From: Macrostomum lignano
Lineage: Eukaryota
DNA: 64,000 bases
NCBI GenBank assembly: GCA_002269645.1
Contig: NIVC01002395.1
Location: 62,001-126,000, forward strand
Reading direction: 5' to 3'
Below, in pieces: positions 11,800 to 25,020 of the stretch. The notes below the pieces were generated by a model. That model had not been told where the DNA came from. It did no database searches and worked only from the letters and a program-made list of their open reading frames with translations. Numbering within the stretch: the first letter of the stretch is position 1; the number at the start of each line of letters is the position of its first letter. Both the position numbers and the translations under genes were made by a program.

Positions 11800-14700
11800 G
11801 GACAGACAGACAGACAGACACAGAAAGTGCAAGACAAAGTACAACAAAAACAACAGAGAATATATCGAAGACAATGGGTGGCAGAGGTGCAGCACAAACT
11901 GACTACTGGTAGTTAGAAGCCACAGCTAAGCTACATAGACAGATATACACAGCAGCAACGGCAAAGAGAGACGGCAGACTACTTACCCCGGCAGGGCCGC
12001 CAATAGAATTCACTGGCACAGAAACGGCCGGCTTGACATGGTGCGCCGCGTAGGCGCCGGGCCCGGGCGCGCCGGGCGGGCCGCCGTAGTAACTGACCGC
12101 TGCGGCCGCCGGTTGCGGAATCTGCGCAACGATACGAGAAATTGGCAGAGATTCCTTGTAATACAGCAATATTCAAGGTGTAATAAATATAAGCCGTATA
12201 GCACTTCCTACCTCAAGTACTAACCGCGATCAACTGTGCTTAACTTTCAGTGAATCACTCGCCTAGCCACCCAGCCAGGCTCAAATTTTCTAATTTACGC
12301 TCGTAAATCGCTGAGAGGTCTCCGCTAATCACTTCCGCTAGGCGCTAGCCCACAGACACTAGAATCACTCGCAAAAAATGCACTCAGTCTACTCAGTTCT
12401 TTCAGTAGCAAAATTAGCGTTTTTATAGCTTTTATGAAAGTAAGAAAAAAATCTACAAGATATTCAGTTCCGAAGCTGAAACAAACGCCTCCGGCTTTCT
12501 ACAAGCAGACCCTTTGAATCAGCATCTGCATCCTGTTTTACAGACTCCAGACTGCCTGAGCCTCGGAAATAATTCTATGGGACTATATCCTAGATGCTTT
12601 GGAATAGAAAACTAGCAAAGTAAATCACTAATGTTAATAATTCACGTCTAAATTGGCAACATTGACCAAAAATAGTAGTAAATCTCAGGAGTCGTTAAAC
12701 CAGCAAAGCAGCTTGGCGCAACAAGAAGCAGATTTTGTAGAAGAAAAATTGAAATTAACAAACAAGCTTATTCTATACGATCTTTAGAGCATAGAGCAAA
12801 TTAATACCAGCAACTGGCATTGATAGGCGAGCCTTCAGGCACAAAATGAGGACATGGAAAAGCGAGTAAAAATTCTAGAGACTAAAAACTGCTTTTCTAA
12901 TAGTAGTACATCTTAGCATTTACTTTGATGTAAGTTTACCATTGCAGAGTGACAATTCGAATCCCAATCCCAGAGTGACAATTCGAATCACCATCCCAAT
13001 CCCAGAGTGACAATTCGAATCCCAATCCCAGAGTGACAATTCGAATCCCAATCCCAGAGTGACAATTCGAATCCCAATCCCAGAGTGACAATTCGAATCC
13101 CAATCCCAGAGTGACAATTCAAATCCCCTGCATTCCAATCCCAGAGTGACAATTCGAATCCCCTGCATTCCAATCCCAGAGTGACAATTCGAATCCCCAA
13201 CCCAATCCCAGAGTGACAATTCAAATCCCAATCCCAGAGTGACAATTCAAATCCCCTGCATTCCAATCCCAGAGTGACAATTCAAATCCCCTGCATTCCA
13301 ATCCCAGAGTGACAATTCGAATCCCCAACCCAATCCCAGAGTGACAATTCAAATCCCAATCCCAGAGTGACAATTCGAATCCCAATCCCAGAGTGACAAT
13401 TCGAATCCCAATCCCAGAGTGACAATTCGAATCCCAATCCCAGAGTGACAATTCGAATCCCAAGAATCCCAATCCCAGAGTGACAATTCGAATCCCAATC
13501 CCAGAGTGACAATTCGAATCCCAATCCCAGAGTGACAATTCGAATCCCAATCCCAGAGTGACAATTCGAATCCCAATCCCAGAGTGACAATTCGAATCCC
13601 AATCCCAGAGTGACAATTCGAATCCCAATCCCAGAGTGACAATTCGAATCCCAATCCCAGAGTGACAATTCGAATCCCAATCCCAGAGTGACAATTCGAA
13701 TCCCAATCCCAGAGTGACAATTCGAATCCCAATCCCAGAGTGACAATTCGAATCCCAAGAATCCCAATCCCAGAGTGACAATTCGAATCCCAATCCCAGA
13801 GTGACAATTCAAATCCCCTGCATTCCAATCCCAGAGTGACAATTCGAATCCCCAACCCAATCCCAGAGTGACAATTCGAATCCCAATCCCAGAGTGACAA
13901 TTCAAATCCCCTGCATTCCAATCCCAGAGTGACAATTCGAATCCCCAACCCAATCCCAGAGTGACAATTCAAATCCCAATCCCAGAGTGACAATTCAAAT
14001 CCCCTGCATTCCAATCCCAGAGTGACAATTCGAATCCCAAGATTCCCAATCCCAGAGTGACAATTCGAATCCCAAGATTCCCAATCCCAGAGTGACAATT
14101 CGAATCCCAAGATTCCCAATCCCAGAGTGACAATTCGAATCCCAAGATTCCCAATCCCAGAGTGACAATTCGAATCCCAAGATTCCCAATCCCAGAGTGA
14201 CAATTCGAATCCCAAGATTCCCAATCCCAGAGTGACAATTCGAATCCCAAGATTCCCAATCCCAGAGTGACAATTCGAATCCCAAGATTCCCAATCCCAG
14301 AGTGACAATTCGAATCCCAAGATTCCCAATCCCAGAGTGACAATTCGAATCCCAAGATTCCCAATCCCAGAGTGACAATTCGAATCCCAAGATTCCCAAT
14401 CCCAGAGTGACAATTCGAATCCCAATCCCAGAGTGACAATTCGAATCTCCATCTCCAATCCCAGAGTGACAATTCAAATCCCCATCCCAATCCCAGAGTG
14501 ACAATTCGAATCCCAAGATTCCCAATCCCAGAGTGACAATTCGAATCTCAAGATTCCCAATCCCAGAGTGACAATTCGAATCCCAAGATTCCCAATCCCA
14601 GAGTGACAATTCGAATCCCAAGATTCCCAATCCCAGAGTGACAATTCGAATCCCAAGATTCCCAATCCCAGAGTGACAATTCGAATCCCAATCCCAGAGT

Positions 14701-15498
14701 GACAATTCGAATCCCCATTTTCAGCCCGGTAAAGTGCTGGATTAGAGCCTACCCAGCTCAAAATGACGCATTAAAGGCGGAGTTAAAAATATCCCAAGAA
14801 CCAACAAATTTAAAAGGCTAAATTGCTATTAATCGCAAAAAACTGAACTATAACAGCGGGGGGAGAATAATAGGAAAATGAAACAGAACTATTTCATAGT
14901 TGGGCAGCAACAAAATCTTACTGTCTTGATAATTATTTGTGATGAAGCGTGCGGCAGCTGGAAACGGAACAAAGAGCAAGTAAAACATTTGAATATAATA
15001 ATTATAACAGTCAACAACTTAAATTTAAGTGACAATTTCAGCCTTTAGGAGTCTATATAATACTTACATGCATATTCGATTCCTTATTAAAACGTCTATT
15101 TAAAAAAATTGAATTACACAACATATCGGCGATATATAAACAATTTTGTAAAAGACGGATATTTAATTAACAATTCGTTTTTAAATCAATCAAGTTTCGT
15201 TGCCAATTTTTAGATTAAGGGCATTGCTCGATTATAATCACTGAGTCGCTGAACTTTAATTAGATGACGAGGCAATTTTTACCAATTTAAATTTGAGATT
15301 TTTTACTCCGGCCTTTTACCCCATTAACAGATGTCACAACAGCTTACCGCTTGAAATTGCACAGTCGGAATTGGATGCTGGCCAGGCTGTAAAGCGTATT
15401 GATGCCCCGACATCGGCTCGGTAGTGTAGCCGATCATTGTAGGCGCCTGCTGAATTGACATTGGATGCTGTTGCTGCTGCTGTACCTGCTGTTGCTGT

Positions 15499-15554
<56 letters not shown>

Positions 15555-16351
15555 CTGCTGTCGCATGCTAGCCTGCACATCGGCAAGAAACTTGATCTGA
15601 TCTGGTGGTATAGTAGCCACAACGCGATTCAACTGCGGCTCGTAGCGGGCTACTAAACAGCGGGCAAGATTTGGTCCGTTGCGGGTGTTCTTCAGGTCGC
15701 ACAGTATCAGGCCCATCTGGGAATTCAATTGTGAATTAGATTATATGCAGATAGTTGAATACCTGTCACTGAAATCTATAGTGCACCTGTTGAATACCTG
15801 TCACTGAAATCTATAGTGCACCTGTTGAATACCTGTCACTGAAATCTATAGTGCACCTGTTGAATACCTGTCACTGAAATATATGTGTACCTGTTGAATA
15901 CCTGTCACTGGAATCTATGTGTACCTGTTGAATACCTGTCATCACTGAAATCCATGTGCCCCCCCCCCAAGCAACAGAACAATTAACAAATAAAGCACTC
16001 ACATTCGGTCCAGTCACATTGGAGACCGGAGCGGTAAACATTTCAATAAAAGCCGGCATCTCCTCACTATTGACGGGAACAATGTGCACCCGGTAAGCGT
16101 TCTGGAAGTTTCTAAAATATTCCTCAATAGTGGAATGAATTTCGCCTTTCAATAAAGCGCACGTGGCCACTTTTCTGGCCTGCTCGAAGCAATGGAAATT
16201 CCACGGATTAGCCGGCTGATCTGGCGGCGTGAAGTCTAAAAATCTGATCGTGAATTGCGACTGGCCAGTCTGGGGCCGGCTGGAGGATTGGCTGAATTCG
16301 AACCGGCCCTGCCACATGATGCGAGGCACTACTTGTTGCTGCTGCTGCTGA

Positions 16352-16383
<32 letters not shown>

Positions 16384-19300
16384 TTGATGCTGCTGGTGCA
16401 AGCTCTGAAACTGATTCTGCTGCTGTGTGGGCGGCACCTGAGGCGGCTGCTGCTGCTGCTGCTCGATTGAAACAGGAGCAAGTTCAATAGAAGGATGTTG
16501 CTGATGCTGCTGTTGTTGTTGAAGCTGCTGTTGTTGCTGATGCTGTTGAAGCTGCTGTTGCGATTGGTGAGGCTGCGAATGTCTGAAAAAAGCATGCGAA
16601 TTTTGATATGCCACTGAAAGAAAACATGACCAACAGGACATGTTTGAAGTAAAGTAGGACCTATTGAAGGACATTATGACCCATTAAAGAACAGTATGAC
16701 CATATTGAAGGACAGTATGACCACAATGAAGGATAGTAAGACCCATTAAAGAACATTATGACCCATTAAAGAACATTATGACCCATTAAAGAACAGTATG
16801 ACTTATTAAAGGACAGTATGACCCATTTAAGGACAGTGACAGTAACCAAATTCAAGGACATTATGGCCCATTGAAGGACAGTATGACCACATTAAAGGAC
16901 AGTATGACCGCATTCAAGGACAGTATGACCGCATTCAAGGACAGTATGACCACATTGAAGGACAGTATGACCACATTGAAGGACAGTAGGGCATTGTAGG
17001 ATAGGATAGATAACCTCTGTATGATCTACATAAAATACAGAATGACCACCTTGTATGACAGTATGACTTTTTAAAGTTCAGAATGACCTTCAAGGACAGT
17101 ATGATCGTTTTGAAGAACCGTATGATCACTGTAGGACAGTATGAATACTATGACACCTGAAGGACAGCATGACCATTACAAGCATGGTTATGAATGAAGG
17201 ATCAAGTGCCGCGAGATTTACCTGGCCGTGAAAACCGCAGGCGGTATTCGCACCAGTTCCCATCTAGGACTGCACTTGGCTTTATCCAAAGTTGCCGACA
17301 AGCCCTGTTGATTGACCTTATCGTAGAGTTCAATCAGCTGATCATTGCGCCTCGGCGACAGCACGGCCAGGGTGACGGACTGCGAGCTGAACGCGGCCTC
17401 CAGAGCTGAGATTCCGTCCGCGGATAGTCGGCTGTGCACCACTAGGAGGGCGTGACGCCTTGTTGACGGGCACCGGCCGGCTCGATACTCCGCTAGGGAG
17501 GCGAACTCTTCGGACACCAGCTGGGCTAGCAGAGCGGAGCTGACGCATTCCTCTCTGCGGACAGGGGGCGCGAAATTCATCTTCTAGAGGTAAGACAGGC
17601 GGTAGGGGTAACGTTGTGAAACATTCACCAGACAGAAGGCCTGAGGGCGCAAATGGGAAAGTGGAAGGGTATGCAGAGAGAGGAGGGTATAGACAGGGTG
17701 TGCAGGGAGAGGAGGGTATGGAGAGGGTGTGCAGGGAGAGGAAGGTACAGAGAGTATTCAGGGAGAGGAGGGTATGGAGAGGGTGTGCAGGGAGAAGAGG
17801 GTATAGAAAGGGTATGCAGGGAGAGGAAGGTACAGAGAGTATTCAGGGAGAGGAGGGTATAGACAGGGTGTGCAGGGAGAGGAGGGTATGGAGAGGGTGT
17901 ACAGGGAGAGGAGGGTATGGAGAGGGTGTACAGGGAGAGGAGGGTATGGAGAGGGTGTACAGGGAGAAGAGGGTATGGAGAGGGTGTGCAGGGAGGAGGG
18001 TGTGCAGGGAGGAGGGTGTGCAGGGAGGAGGGTATGAAGAGGGTATTCAGGGAGAGAAGGGTATGCAGGGAGAGGAGGGTATAGAGAGGGTATGCAGGGA
18101 GAGGAGGGTATAGAGAGGGTATGCAGGGAGAGGAGGGTATAGAGAGGGTATGCAGGGAGAGGAGGGTATAGAGAGGGTATGCAGGGAGAGGAGGGTATAG
18201 AGAGGGTATGCAGGGAGAGGAGGGTATAGAGAGGGTATGCAGGGAGAGGAGGGTATAGAGAGGGTATGCAGGGAGAGGAGGGTATGTTTAACAGAGTCAA
18301 CTATTGCAATATTTGGCGGACGATAACAAAAACACGAGGGCTCAAAAGCAAGAATCAGTCGATATATATATTTTAATATTAGGCATGCACAAAGTACGTG
18401 CGTACATTACAATCGATAAATTAAAAGGCAACTTGAGCGTGCCCCCAACCCCCCAGCGCAGGCCAACCCCAAAACCGCAAATGCAAACTCTCAATATCAA
18501 GTCATCACAGTATGGAAAGGGTATGCAGAGAGTTGAGGGTATGCAGGGAGAGGAGGGTATGGAAAGGGTATGCAGAGAGTTGAGGGTATGCAGGGAGGGG
18601 AGAGTATGGAGAGGGTATGCAGGGAGGGGAGAGTATGGAGAGGGTACGCAGAGGTAGGTGAGGAAGATGTGTGAAAATGAAACTCAAGCGGAAACCTGTG
18701 CGGGTCCGGGTAGCGATCGAATTGGGCAGCCTCCAGCAGCTTCATCACTCGATGAATCATCGGAGTGCGATCGCCGAGCCTGTCGCTGAAGGACTCCTTG
18801 GCGATGTCCCGATTGAATGAGACGACGCGAAATAACGAGGTGAACTCGTCGCAGCCGAAGTCAGACTTAAGGCCCTCGGCGCCATTGAGACTCTCCAAAT
18901 AGGGCTTGATATAGTGCTGCAGTGCATGGCTCATGTACCTGCGAGGATTGCGTCATTGCGTCGTGGTGATTGAAATCAATAATAGACTCCCAAATCTCCC
19001 TTCATTCAGTTGCGTCTACTCTCCCAGTCTCATCTCCAACTCCCATCTGCTCTCCCAGACTCATTCTCCAATTCCCATCTACTCTCCCAGTCTCATCCCC
19101 AACTCCATCTACTCTCCCATTCTCATCCCCAACTCCATCTACTCTCCCAGTCTCATCCACAACTCCATCTACTCTCCCAGTCTCATCTCCAACTCCATCT
19201 ACTCTCTGTCTCATCCTCAACTCCATCTACTCTCCCAGTCTCATCCCCAACTCCATCTACTCTCCCAGTCTCATCCACAACTCCATCTACTCTCCCAGTC

Positions 19301-19746
19301 TCATCTCCAACTCCATCTACTCTCTGTCTCATCCTCAACTCCATCTACTCTCCCAGTCTCATCCCCAACTCCATCTACTCTCCCAGTCTCATCCCCAACT
19401 CCATCTACTCTCCTAGTCTCATCCCCAACTCCATCTACTCTCCCAGTCTCATCCCAACTCCATCTACTCTCCCAGATTCATCTCCAACTCACATCTACTC
19501 TCCCAGGCTCATCTTCAACTCCTATCTACTTTTCCAGACTCATCTCTAACTCCCATTTACTCTCACAGACTCATCTTTCTGCATTTATCATCAGTGTCAC
19601 CTCGAGTTAATTAGTTTAACTCACTTAGTAGTGCCACTAAATACTCGAACATTCTCAATCAATAGCACAGAGTCCACTGGGTGTAGCTTAGCAGCAAATT
19701 CCTTCACCTTTTCTTCATATTTGGCAATGTTTTCAATGTGCATCAT
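8049..19746 (-). CDS. MED25: Mediator subunit 25 (VWA + polyQ + ACID domain + Q/P-rich tail), ~720 aa. Exons: 19625-19746, 18696-18938, 17222-17554, 16003-16582, 15348-15716, 11987-12121, 8949-9062, 8049-8315
   Basis: All junctions are GT-AG with matching phases (2,2,2,0,0,0,0); total 2163 nt. VWA similarity: [44 protein letters not shown] and [31 protein letters not shown] similarity: [22 protein letters not shown] and [26 protein letters not shown]. These match MED25 motifs as I recall them. Confidence 0.88.
8362..8900. repeat. Intronic minisatellite, ~33-bp unit TATCGATTAGAATTAACTGTGTGTTTGTACCAA
   Basis: Tandem copies in MED25 intron 7. Confidence 0.95.
9140..9540. repeat. Intronic minisatellite, 30-bp unit TGAATGATCATGGAGGGGATGGCAGCATAC
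   Basis: Tandem copies in MED25 intron 6. Confidence 0.95.
10163..11823. repeat. (GACA)n microsatellite with GAAA/CACA variants and a ~885-bp higher-order duplication
   Basis: Read directly. The variant pattern at 10381 recurs at 11269. Confidence 0.98.
12945..14712. repeat. Intronic minisatellite, 26-bp unit CCCAGAGTGACAATTCGAATCCCAAT with ~35-38-bp variants
   Basis: Tandem copies in MED25 intron 5. Variants insert CCCAAGATT or CCCCTGCATT. Confidence 0.97.
15754..15955. repeat. Intronic minisatellite, 35-bp unit TCACTGAAATCTATAGTGCACCTGTTGAATACCTG
   Basis: About 5-6 copies in MED25 intron 4. Confidence 0.93.
16660..17175. repeat. Degenerate intronic minisatellite, ~21-bp unit AGGACAGTATGACCACATTGA
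   Basis: Tandem copies in MED25 intron 3. Confidence 0.9.
17665..18655. repeat. GA-rich intronic minisatellite, ~29-bp unit GAGAGGGTATGCAGGGAGAGGAGGGTATA, in two blocks (17665-18285 and 18510-18655)
   Basis: Tandem copies in MED25 intron 2, split by ~220 bp of unique sequence. Confidence 0.92.
19010..19575. repeat. Intronic minisatellite, 30-bp unit CTCCATCTACTCTCCCAGTCTCATCCCCAA
   Basis: Tandem copies in MED25 intron 1. Confidence 0.95.
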
Positions 19747-20761
19747 AGGTGGAAACAGAAAATTTTGCCAATGAATTTTGACAAACTATTTCAATTTCAT
19801 AGGTATGATACATTATATTATCAATCATAATCATTATTCAAAAGATTAGACTATTGTAGCAAATATTGGTATGTATAAGTAAATATAACTATTCAACTAT
19901 AGAGAAAACTATAAAAACTGGGCCAATGTACTTTTACATACTTTCAGACTCCTAAATCTAATAAGACAATATAAGCTTTTATAACTGGTATAAAAGTAGG
20001 GTGGTCAAATTAGACTAAGTGATCCTTACAACAATATGTGATTCTCCAATATGACTATCAATAAATGGTCATTTATGAAAGTATCAATGTGTCACACTAA
20101 TATGACTATCAAGCAACCATAGCAACTAGTTAATCTTGATTTATTCTAGCTTATTGACAATTAAATGAAAAAAACTATTTTAGTTCATTGACTATATTTA
20201 ATGCAGCAACAACTATACTTGAAAGTTAGCAAATACAAAGAACCAATAGAAAAAAAGTTCTATAGTAAGTCACTAAGCAACCCTATTGGAATAAATTCTC
20301 ATGGTCCACAGACGCGCGACAAACATCATTTGAGTGCCAGCAAACAGGTAAATAGCGGGAGTAATTATGAACACATTGCCTCGTCAGCTAATAAGTAGTT
20401 TAGTTCTGCACAGCTTGTCTATTATATTAAAATAAACAATGGGATAAACTATGACCAACTTGCCTAAGCTGTGCACTTCATTATCCTGTAAGATAATAAG
20501 CAGTTTACTATTTTTCACATGGCAGAAATTTGCAGAAAATGCAGAACTTTGTATTCCCTCTCACCTTGGCCTGCAGACTGGCAGTTATTAAAATGTTTCT
20601 TGAACTAAAACTGCTGTAAAAAATTGGCAGCTTCTCAACATTGAACAGAGTGCAGATACAGATACAGATACAGAGTACAGATAGAATTGTGGGATTAGGC
20701 CAGAATCCCAAGATTTTGAATCTTGGGATTTTGATTAGGCCTAAATCTTAAGATCACAATT

Positions 20762-20950
20762 GTCTAGGATTTGAAAATGGGGGGGCCAAGGGGGCGATGG
20801 CCCCCCCTTAGCTGCCTCAAAAAAAATTCTGCTCTTGGCATTTGGCCCCCTTCTAAGTAAAGAAAGGGCTTGGACCTTGGGGTGGGTTCCTACTCGGGGC
20901 AGTATGAAAAAAGTTGCCCCCCCCTCAAGAAATTCCTGGATCCGCGCCTG
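20762..20950. mobile_element. Truncated MITE-like element ending GGATCCGCGCCTG, with G/C runs
   Basis: The terminus resembles the CAGG(C/G)GCG-type inverted repeats of other copies in this window. The other end is eroded. Confidence 0.5.
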
Positions 20951-21983
20951 CCTAGGATTGGCAAAACTTGGGATTTTGTATTCTCTACTCTAAACATATC
21001 ATAGGGCCTATTTTATGCAAATAACAAAAATATTAACCATATTATAAAATTCAATTTAGATATTTTATCTCTAACAGAGACCTAGGCCTATCTATAAGTT
21101 TCAATAACTTCATTTTCCTTTGACACTTTGAAGGATACTAATAGGCTATCTGCATAAGGTAAGCCTATGGCTATGAAATCAGTGTATTTTCATATTATCT
21201 GTAGTAATATGCAACTTTATTCTGCCACTTTATTTGCAACTTTAATTAGTCTTTGAAACACAATGTGATTACTGATTACTAATTTAATAGGCCTAGCTGT
21301 TCTGCCCATTGCATTTCAATGATAATAATCAATGCGAAGACAAAGAGTTGGCAGACCAATTGTTGTTATTGGATAGGCCTATAGCAGGGCAGGACATTAT
21401 TGGCATGGAGATGGAGATGGAGCCATGCAGATAATTTTTTGGCATACTTAAGCCTTAAAGTTAGCAGATCAATTTTAGGTCTAAGCTATACTGTCAGATG
21501 AGTGTACATAGGGCATTATTAGCACATCGCCATTCGCCATGTGGATAGTTTTTTCGTTATCGGCATAGGACTGTAGGAATAAGCACTGCTAATGCTATAT
21601 ATCAAATCATCAGGCTTTGCTTTCGCCTATCGCCTTTAGTTTTCAATAGTTTTCGGATATAGTTTACGGTTCACTAGAACATTTTGTATAAAATCTATTT
21701 GAAATTATTTTTCTTAGAAAGCTCGACAAGGTGCCGATGGGTGAAAGAACGATCGTGATAATTGTAAATATGATATTACCTTCACGTCAAAAATTATATT
21801 CTCAGCATCTATGCTTTGTTTTAATTAAACAGCGGCTAAGGTTTTAGTATAATCCTGGAGCAATTTTGGTACAGATTATATAAATATGAATGTTCTTTCA
21901 AACTTGAATCCAACCTCAACGCGGCTCAACTTAACTCAAGCCTATCCTCTGATCTTTCCTGCATACTCTGAATAATGGCCTTT

Positions 21984-22576
21984 GTTTGTTTGTTAAACGA
22001 AAGGGTCCTAAGCGGGACCCGCGGATCGCGGAAGGGCTCTGCCGCGAGGGGCACTGCCAGGGGCACAACATTAGCTGTTTTTAGAGCCCGAGATACCCCG
22101 AGAGAGATGGAAATTGGGCCCGGCATAAAGCGCGGGAGGGCGAAGTCGACCCAAGCCTACGGTACAAGACACCGCCAAACCAACAGTGGAATCAGGGACG
22201 GTGCTAGGACCGAATCCACTCAGGCTACCCCCCCCCCCGCAAACAAGTCCTCGGGAGTGCGCGAAAAACAGAATTGGATATATACTACTTAAAGCCGTCC
22301 AAGAGCGGGGAAACCCAGAAGTCTTGGAAAGGGCTAACTATTGGAGCGAGTCTGGAAGGCTTGTATCCGAGGGGGAGACTCTAGGCGGATATAGCAACAC
22401 CTCTATTGCTACCAACCCAAGGGCATCGCCTATCCAGCTCATTATTGGGGGCCAGGCCAAGGGGTCGGGAAGAGGCACCAGGGGCAAGAGGACACCGGAC
22501 TCAGCCGGTTGTCCCCGGTACGGGTCGAACATCCTTCCCAGGACACCAATCCACTGTCAGGATGAGAGCTCTCATC
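21984..22576 (-). mobile_element. ~590-bp insertion with a 16-bp target-site duplication, probably a non-LTR retroposed element
   Basis: CTGAATAATGGCCTTT occurs exactly at 21968-21983 and 22577-22592. (AACA)n tail and two GC hairpins at the minus-strand 3' end. A 24-bp palindrome sits at the other junction. Confidence 0.75.
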
Positions 22577-23876
22577 CTGAATAATGGCCTTTACAACAAA
22601 AAAATTTGGCACGCAGTTCAAGGCAAGGATCCCACTGGAGTGTAACTGAATCTGAAAAATCAACTTAAGGGGATAAATTTCAAATTTTGTGACCATACTC
22701 TTAAGCCGCCTAGACTTCTTCATGTTTTACTGGTAGATCGAGCGATGCCCCACACAATAATTCATAGATACCACCAATAATTAATGATCAGACTACACGC
22801 GTACCTGTGCATACATCTGCAAAACAGCCGAGCAAAACAGCTAGGTTACGGCACTCTTGGCATATGGGCCTGCGCAGATCCTGGTGGCTATTTTGAAGTC
22901 ATCGTAAAAACTAAATACACAGTTTTCACCAGCAATTGCTCGCTCTCTCTCTCGCACAAAAGCAGACTGCACGTCACCTAAGCTGATTCAGGAAGTGATC
23001 AGGTGCCTGCTGCTAGCTTTGCGGCAGTTGCACGCTCGGCGCTAATTCGTCGACTGCATACCTGCTCTGGCCACGACGCCGGTGCCCAAGCTCTGGAGGC
23101 TCATCGAGATCACGGGAAGCTGTTTTTGATCAAATTTCTTGTAAAGCCTAGCTGTTGCATTAGCTCGTAGCAGTGTGCTTTTTCTTGTTGCTGTTTCTGC
23201 AGATCTAAAGGAGAAATAAGCAGAAAGTTTTCTAGAGTCACGCCAATTTCATTAGCAAATAATGATTATTTTTTTAAACCCATCTAGAAACAATTTATAT
23301 ATACGTGTTACATGTATGCTACTTTTAGTAGCCTAATTCGTTTACGAATGTATAATATTATTATGTACATGCAAAACAACTTTGTATTACAATTAAGAGT
23401 AAGTTAAACGCGCATGATGCTATTTAAATGTCCTCTTCAATACTTCCTGAGTGTGAATAAAGCCTTGCAAATTATTTCGTCAACAGTGGCGCTCACATAC
23501 CAGGAAGGGCTGTCTCTATAGGTGCTGGTGCCCAGTGGCGAATCTAGTATAGAATTTCATTTTTTGGGGTTGGGCAGTCCAAGTTTGGGGCGCCGACATG
23601 AGTATGAGGGGCGCCAATTTTTAAGCTATGGGGGGGCAAATATGCGTGTAGGGGGCGAAACATCAAGTTTAGGGGCCGAAAAATGCGTGTATAGTAGTAG
23701 TAGTAAGTATAGTAGTAGGCAAAAAGCCTGTTTAATTGGCCAATGTTAGTCGATGCATTTAATACTTGTTTAAAAGGTTGGATACTTTTAAATGATGAAT
23801 GAATACGAGTTAAGATATTTGTATTAAATATGGTATTTGAAAGAGCGTCTGGAATTTTTTACGGTATTTTCGAATG

Positions 23877-24100
23877 CAGGCGCGTCGCCACCGGGGGGAC
23901 AGGGGGGACATGTCCCCGCCCAGTAAAGCTCTGAGTCGTTGTGGTAATCAATAATTTTTCTTCAGGGCGCCAAAATGAGTACCTGCGGCGCTAAAATGAG
24001 TGCCTGCGACGCCAAGATGTGTCAAAATTTAGTCATGTTCATGTACATTTTAAATTCTTGGCTTTGTCCCCCCACCATAAAATCCATGGCGACGCCTCTG
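23877..24100. mobile_element. hAT-type MITE, 224 bp
   Basis: Terminal inverted repeats CAGGCGCGTCGCCA / TGGCGACGCCTCTG (12/14). Flanks TTCGAATG and TTCGAACG form an 8-bp duplication with one mismatch, the size typical of hAT elements. Related partial copies lie at ~30180-30312 and 31230-~31480. Confidence 0.8.
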
Positions 24101-24982
24101 TTCGAACGAACTATAACGGCTAACAACAGAACGACAAGAAATTAAGTAGGGGATTACAAAAAACAGGTACTGCATGATTTTGATGCAAAACGGTTCATCC
24201 AGAATGCGATTTATAGATCAGAGGGGGGGGGGCGGAAAATCAAGTTTAAGGGGCGCAAACTTAGGTTTTTGGGGGTGCAATATGTTCTATCAAGATATTT
24301 TGGGGGCAATCGCTCTCGCCCCGACCCCCCTTCCCCCCTAAATCCCCTGCTGGTGCTCCTAGTGCTGGCCCACCTGGTGCTAGAGCCCTATAGTACTACT
24401 GTACTAGTATAACCTTCTAAAATAATATTATTGCAGTCGATATATAGGATATAGAAATTAAAGATCGACTGAATAAAAGTGCATGACTGCGTTAATCCAA
24501 ATTGCGCAAGTTATTGATCGGTGCAAGCCTAAAAATTGCATGGCCATCTGCAACTATCAATTGCAAAATTATCTCAGAAACCTAATAGCTTGCAGCAATT
24601 GTTCTGTAGTACATTGCTGAACAGATCGAGATGAACTTTTATAAAAAAAACTGAAACTCGACAAAAACGATAAAAATTGTGTCGGATAGGCGGCCCAACA
24701 ACCCCACCGTTGCCCATGCAGGCCTCGTAGCCAAGTAGTGCCCTTGCACTTGTTGCTGCTATTTGGATAGTATATGCAGCAAATAGCCATATCGTAGCTG
24801 TAACTGCAGTTTCGTAGTCTGGGTTTGTGGGGTGGGCCCAGACTTAGGCTATAGAGCTATAGAAGGCGATGAAGTGGTCAAATGCGTAAGCACCGCTCGC
24901 AAAAATAGAATTTGCATGGCATAGATTGGCTTATGGGCTTGTGCCAGCAGCTGTAGTATAACCTAATACACAGTTTTCACCT

Positions 24983-25020
<38 letters not shown>

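Noticed and set aside
10062-11902. ORFs of 300-590 aa (SVCL and QTDR repeats), and similar long ORFs over other arrays
   Set aside because: They are translations of stop-free micro- and minisatellites lying inside introns of well-supported genes.
12945-14712. CRISPR-like look: constant 20-nt core with variable intervening pieces
   Set aside because: The variable parts are 6-18 nt and themselves repeated; there are no unique spacers, no cas genes, and the context is a eukaryotic intron.
21968-22592. Hammerhead ribozyme in the TSD-flanked insert (Penelope-like)
   Set aside because: No CTGANGA core was found on either strand.
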